From: Candidatus Binatia bacterium
GTDB lineage: Bacteria > Desulfobacterota > Binatia > Bin18
Assembly (NCBI GenBank): GCA_963664395.2
Contig: OY761159.2
Location: 512,001-576,000 of the forward strand
DNA length: 64,000 nt
Direction: 5' to 3'
Position numbers and translations under genes: made by a program. Positions 62,376-64,000 of this stretch are shown piece after piece. A model generated the notes under the pieces. The model saw nothing but the letters and a program-made list of their open reading frames with translations. It did no database searches and was not told the DNA's origin. How positions within the stretch are numbered: the first letter of the stretch is position 1; every line of letters begins with the position of its first letter.

Positions 62376-63887
62376 ATGGGTGCACGTACTGGCCAGGAAT
62401 ATATTGACGGACTCCGAGACGACCGGGAGCTATACGTCAACGGCGAACTCGTCCGTGACGTGACCCGCTACCCCGCCTTTCAGGGCGTCATACGGGAGAT
62501 GGCTCAGCTGTACGACCGGCAGCACCAGGAAGCCTATAAAGATATTCTGACCTATCCCTCTCCCACCTCGAATGAGCCGGTCAGTACCTCGTTTGTTTTG
62601 GCTGAAAGCTGGCAGGACATTGAAAAACGACGCTTTGGTGAGACAGCCCGCTGTGAGCTGACGTGCGGTATGATGGGCCGCCTGCCCGACTATATGAACG
62701 CCTTTGTGTCAGACATGGCTGCCATCACTGCGTGGCTGGGGCGTCACGAACCGCGCTTTGGGGAGAACGCCTGGGCGTATTATGAGCTGTGCCGTGAAAA
62801 GGATTTATGTCTCACGCATACCCTGGTTGATCCGCAGATCGACAAGACCAAAGGCGTCGAAGACCAGGAAAGCGTCAGGATCGTCAAGGAGACCGATGCC
62901 GGCCTTATCGTCAATGGCGCGCGCATGCTATCCACGCTCGCTCCAATCAGCGACGACATCTGGGTCGCGCCCTATATGCCCCGCAAGCCGGGACAAGAAA
63001 ATTATGCGCTGAGCTTTTCCATTCCCATGGCGACGCCGGGGCTCAAATTCATTTGCCGAGAGCCCTACGATACGAATGCCGGAGACTTTAATCGTCCCTT
63101 GAGTAGCCGTTTTGACGAAGGCGACGCCATCGCCATTTTTGACAATGTTCTGGTCCCGTGGGAGCGGGTTTTTGCGGCCCGGGATTTGGAAACGTATAAC
63201 CTCATTGCCCCACGCCTGCCGGGCTATTTTGCCTTACAGGCTGTCATTCGGGGCGCGGTCAAACTCCGCTTTATGACCGGCCTGGCCGGTCTTGTCGCGC
63301 ATGCTATTGGGCGCTCAGAGATTGTGCGCTACCAGGAACTCATAGGGGAACTCGTCTCGTTCGTTGAACTGGCCGACGGCTTGGTAACGGCTACGGCGCA
63401 TGAAGTCTGGGCAAACGCCCAAGCCGGCGAAGGCGAGACTGATTCAGCATCACAAGCAGTCTCTGCGGCAAAGAGTTTCGTTCCTGGTCTGGCAACGCTG
63501 TTCGGCGCGCCGGACAAAGGCATGCTAGGCATCACCACGCTCCGCATCTTTTTCCCGTTCGTTCATGCTCGCGCAGTTGAGGTTATGCGCCTTGCGGGCA
63601 GTAGCGGCCTGGTCATGACCCCCACGGAGCAAGACTTTGCCAACCCTGCGCTTCAAGACCTCTTGCCACGCTATCTGCGCGGACGTGACACGCCCGCCGA
63701 GGAGCGGGTGCGCATCATGAAGCTGGCCTGGGATGCCATCAGCACTCAGTTTGGTGGACGGCAATTATTATACGAGTGGTTTTTTGCCGGTGATCCAATT
63801 AATAACCGGATTCTGTATTACGGGACACATAAACGCAGCGAATGTGAAGCCCTCGTTCGTAATTTTCTCGACTCTCTCAAAGGATAA
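62376..63887 (+). CDS. 4-hydroxyphenylacetate 3-hydroxylase family flavin monooxygenase, large subunit
   Basis: RTGQEYIDGLRD, MGRLPDYMN, PLSSRFDEGDA, FGGRQLLYE. Confidence 0.92.
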   Translation: MGARTGQEYIDGLRDDRELYVNGELVRDVTRYPAFQGVIREMAQLYDRQHQEAYKDILTYPSPTSNEPVSTSFVLAESWQDIEKRRFGETARCELTCGMMGRLPDYMNAFVSDMAAITAWLGRHEPRFGENAWAYYELCREKDLCLTHTLVDPQIDKTKGVEDQESVRIVKETDAGLIVNGARMLSTLAPISDDIWVAPYMPRKPGQENYALSFSIPMATPGLKFICREPYDTNAGDFNRPLSSRFDEGDAIAIFDNVLVPWERVFAARDLETYNLIAPRLPGYFALQAVIRGAVKLRFMTGLAGLVAHAIGRSEIVRYQELIGELVSFVELADGLVTATAHEVWANAQAGEGETDSASQAVSAAKSFVPGLATLFGAPDKGMLGITTLRIFFPFVHARAVEVMRLAGSSGLVMTPTEQDFANPALQDLLPRYLRGRDTPAEERVRIMKLAWDAISTQFGGRQLLYEWFFAGDPINNRILYYGTHKRSECEALVRNFLDSLKG

Positions 63888-63898
63888 GAGGTGACAGC

Positions 63899-64000
63899 AT
63901 GGCGGAATATCGAAAGCACGAAGCACGCGAATGGGCCAAAGCAACTATGCGGGGAGTGGCAAATACCATCACCCCGACCTTTACCCATGACTTACGCAGC
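63899..64000 (+). CDS. Probable DHDPS-family aldolase (hydratase-aldolase type), truncated by window
   Basis: MAEYRKHEAREWAKATMRGVANTITPTFT; GAGGTG RBS. Confidence 0.6.
   Translation, partial: MAEYRKHEAREWAKATMRGVANTITPTFTHDLRS

Noticed and set aside
1-64000. tRNA, rRNA or selC
   Set aside because: None recognised by eye; Sec machinery must lie outside the window if the selenoprotein calls are right

Overview
GC-rich bacterial chromosomal segment, probably from an uncultured heterotroph rich in luciferase-like monooxygenases (taxonomy is inference only). Core content: a hydroquinone dioxygenase 3' end, several LLM and FAD monooxygenases, PimC/PimC/PimD-type acyl-CoA dehydrogenases, nudC, a ParA-like/CHAD pair, a Klenow-like family A polymerase, an M28 peptidase, a LysR-mdh-frdABCD-fumC block and an aromatic ring-degradation operon at the right end. 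AT-richer accessory inserts include a nuclease-STAND-helical repeat (Avs-like) gene split at a G8 run, a Dam-like MTase/ParB-like/PD-(D/E)XK cassette, an antitoxin followed by a nuclease, and a DUF4145-like gene. Many gene scars and REP/MITE-like palindromes occur. The main signal missed by the ORF track is three in-frame UGA codons, each followed by a SECIS-like hairpin. Two are at redox-Cys positions: a UxxC glutaredoxin and a CxxU AhpD-like protein. The third, and most novel, is a linalool dehydratase/isomerase-like enzyme that appears to end in a flexible U-S-C-C tail. Family assignments are by motif recognition from memory; no searches were run.
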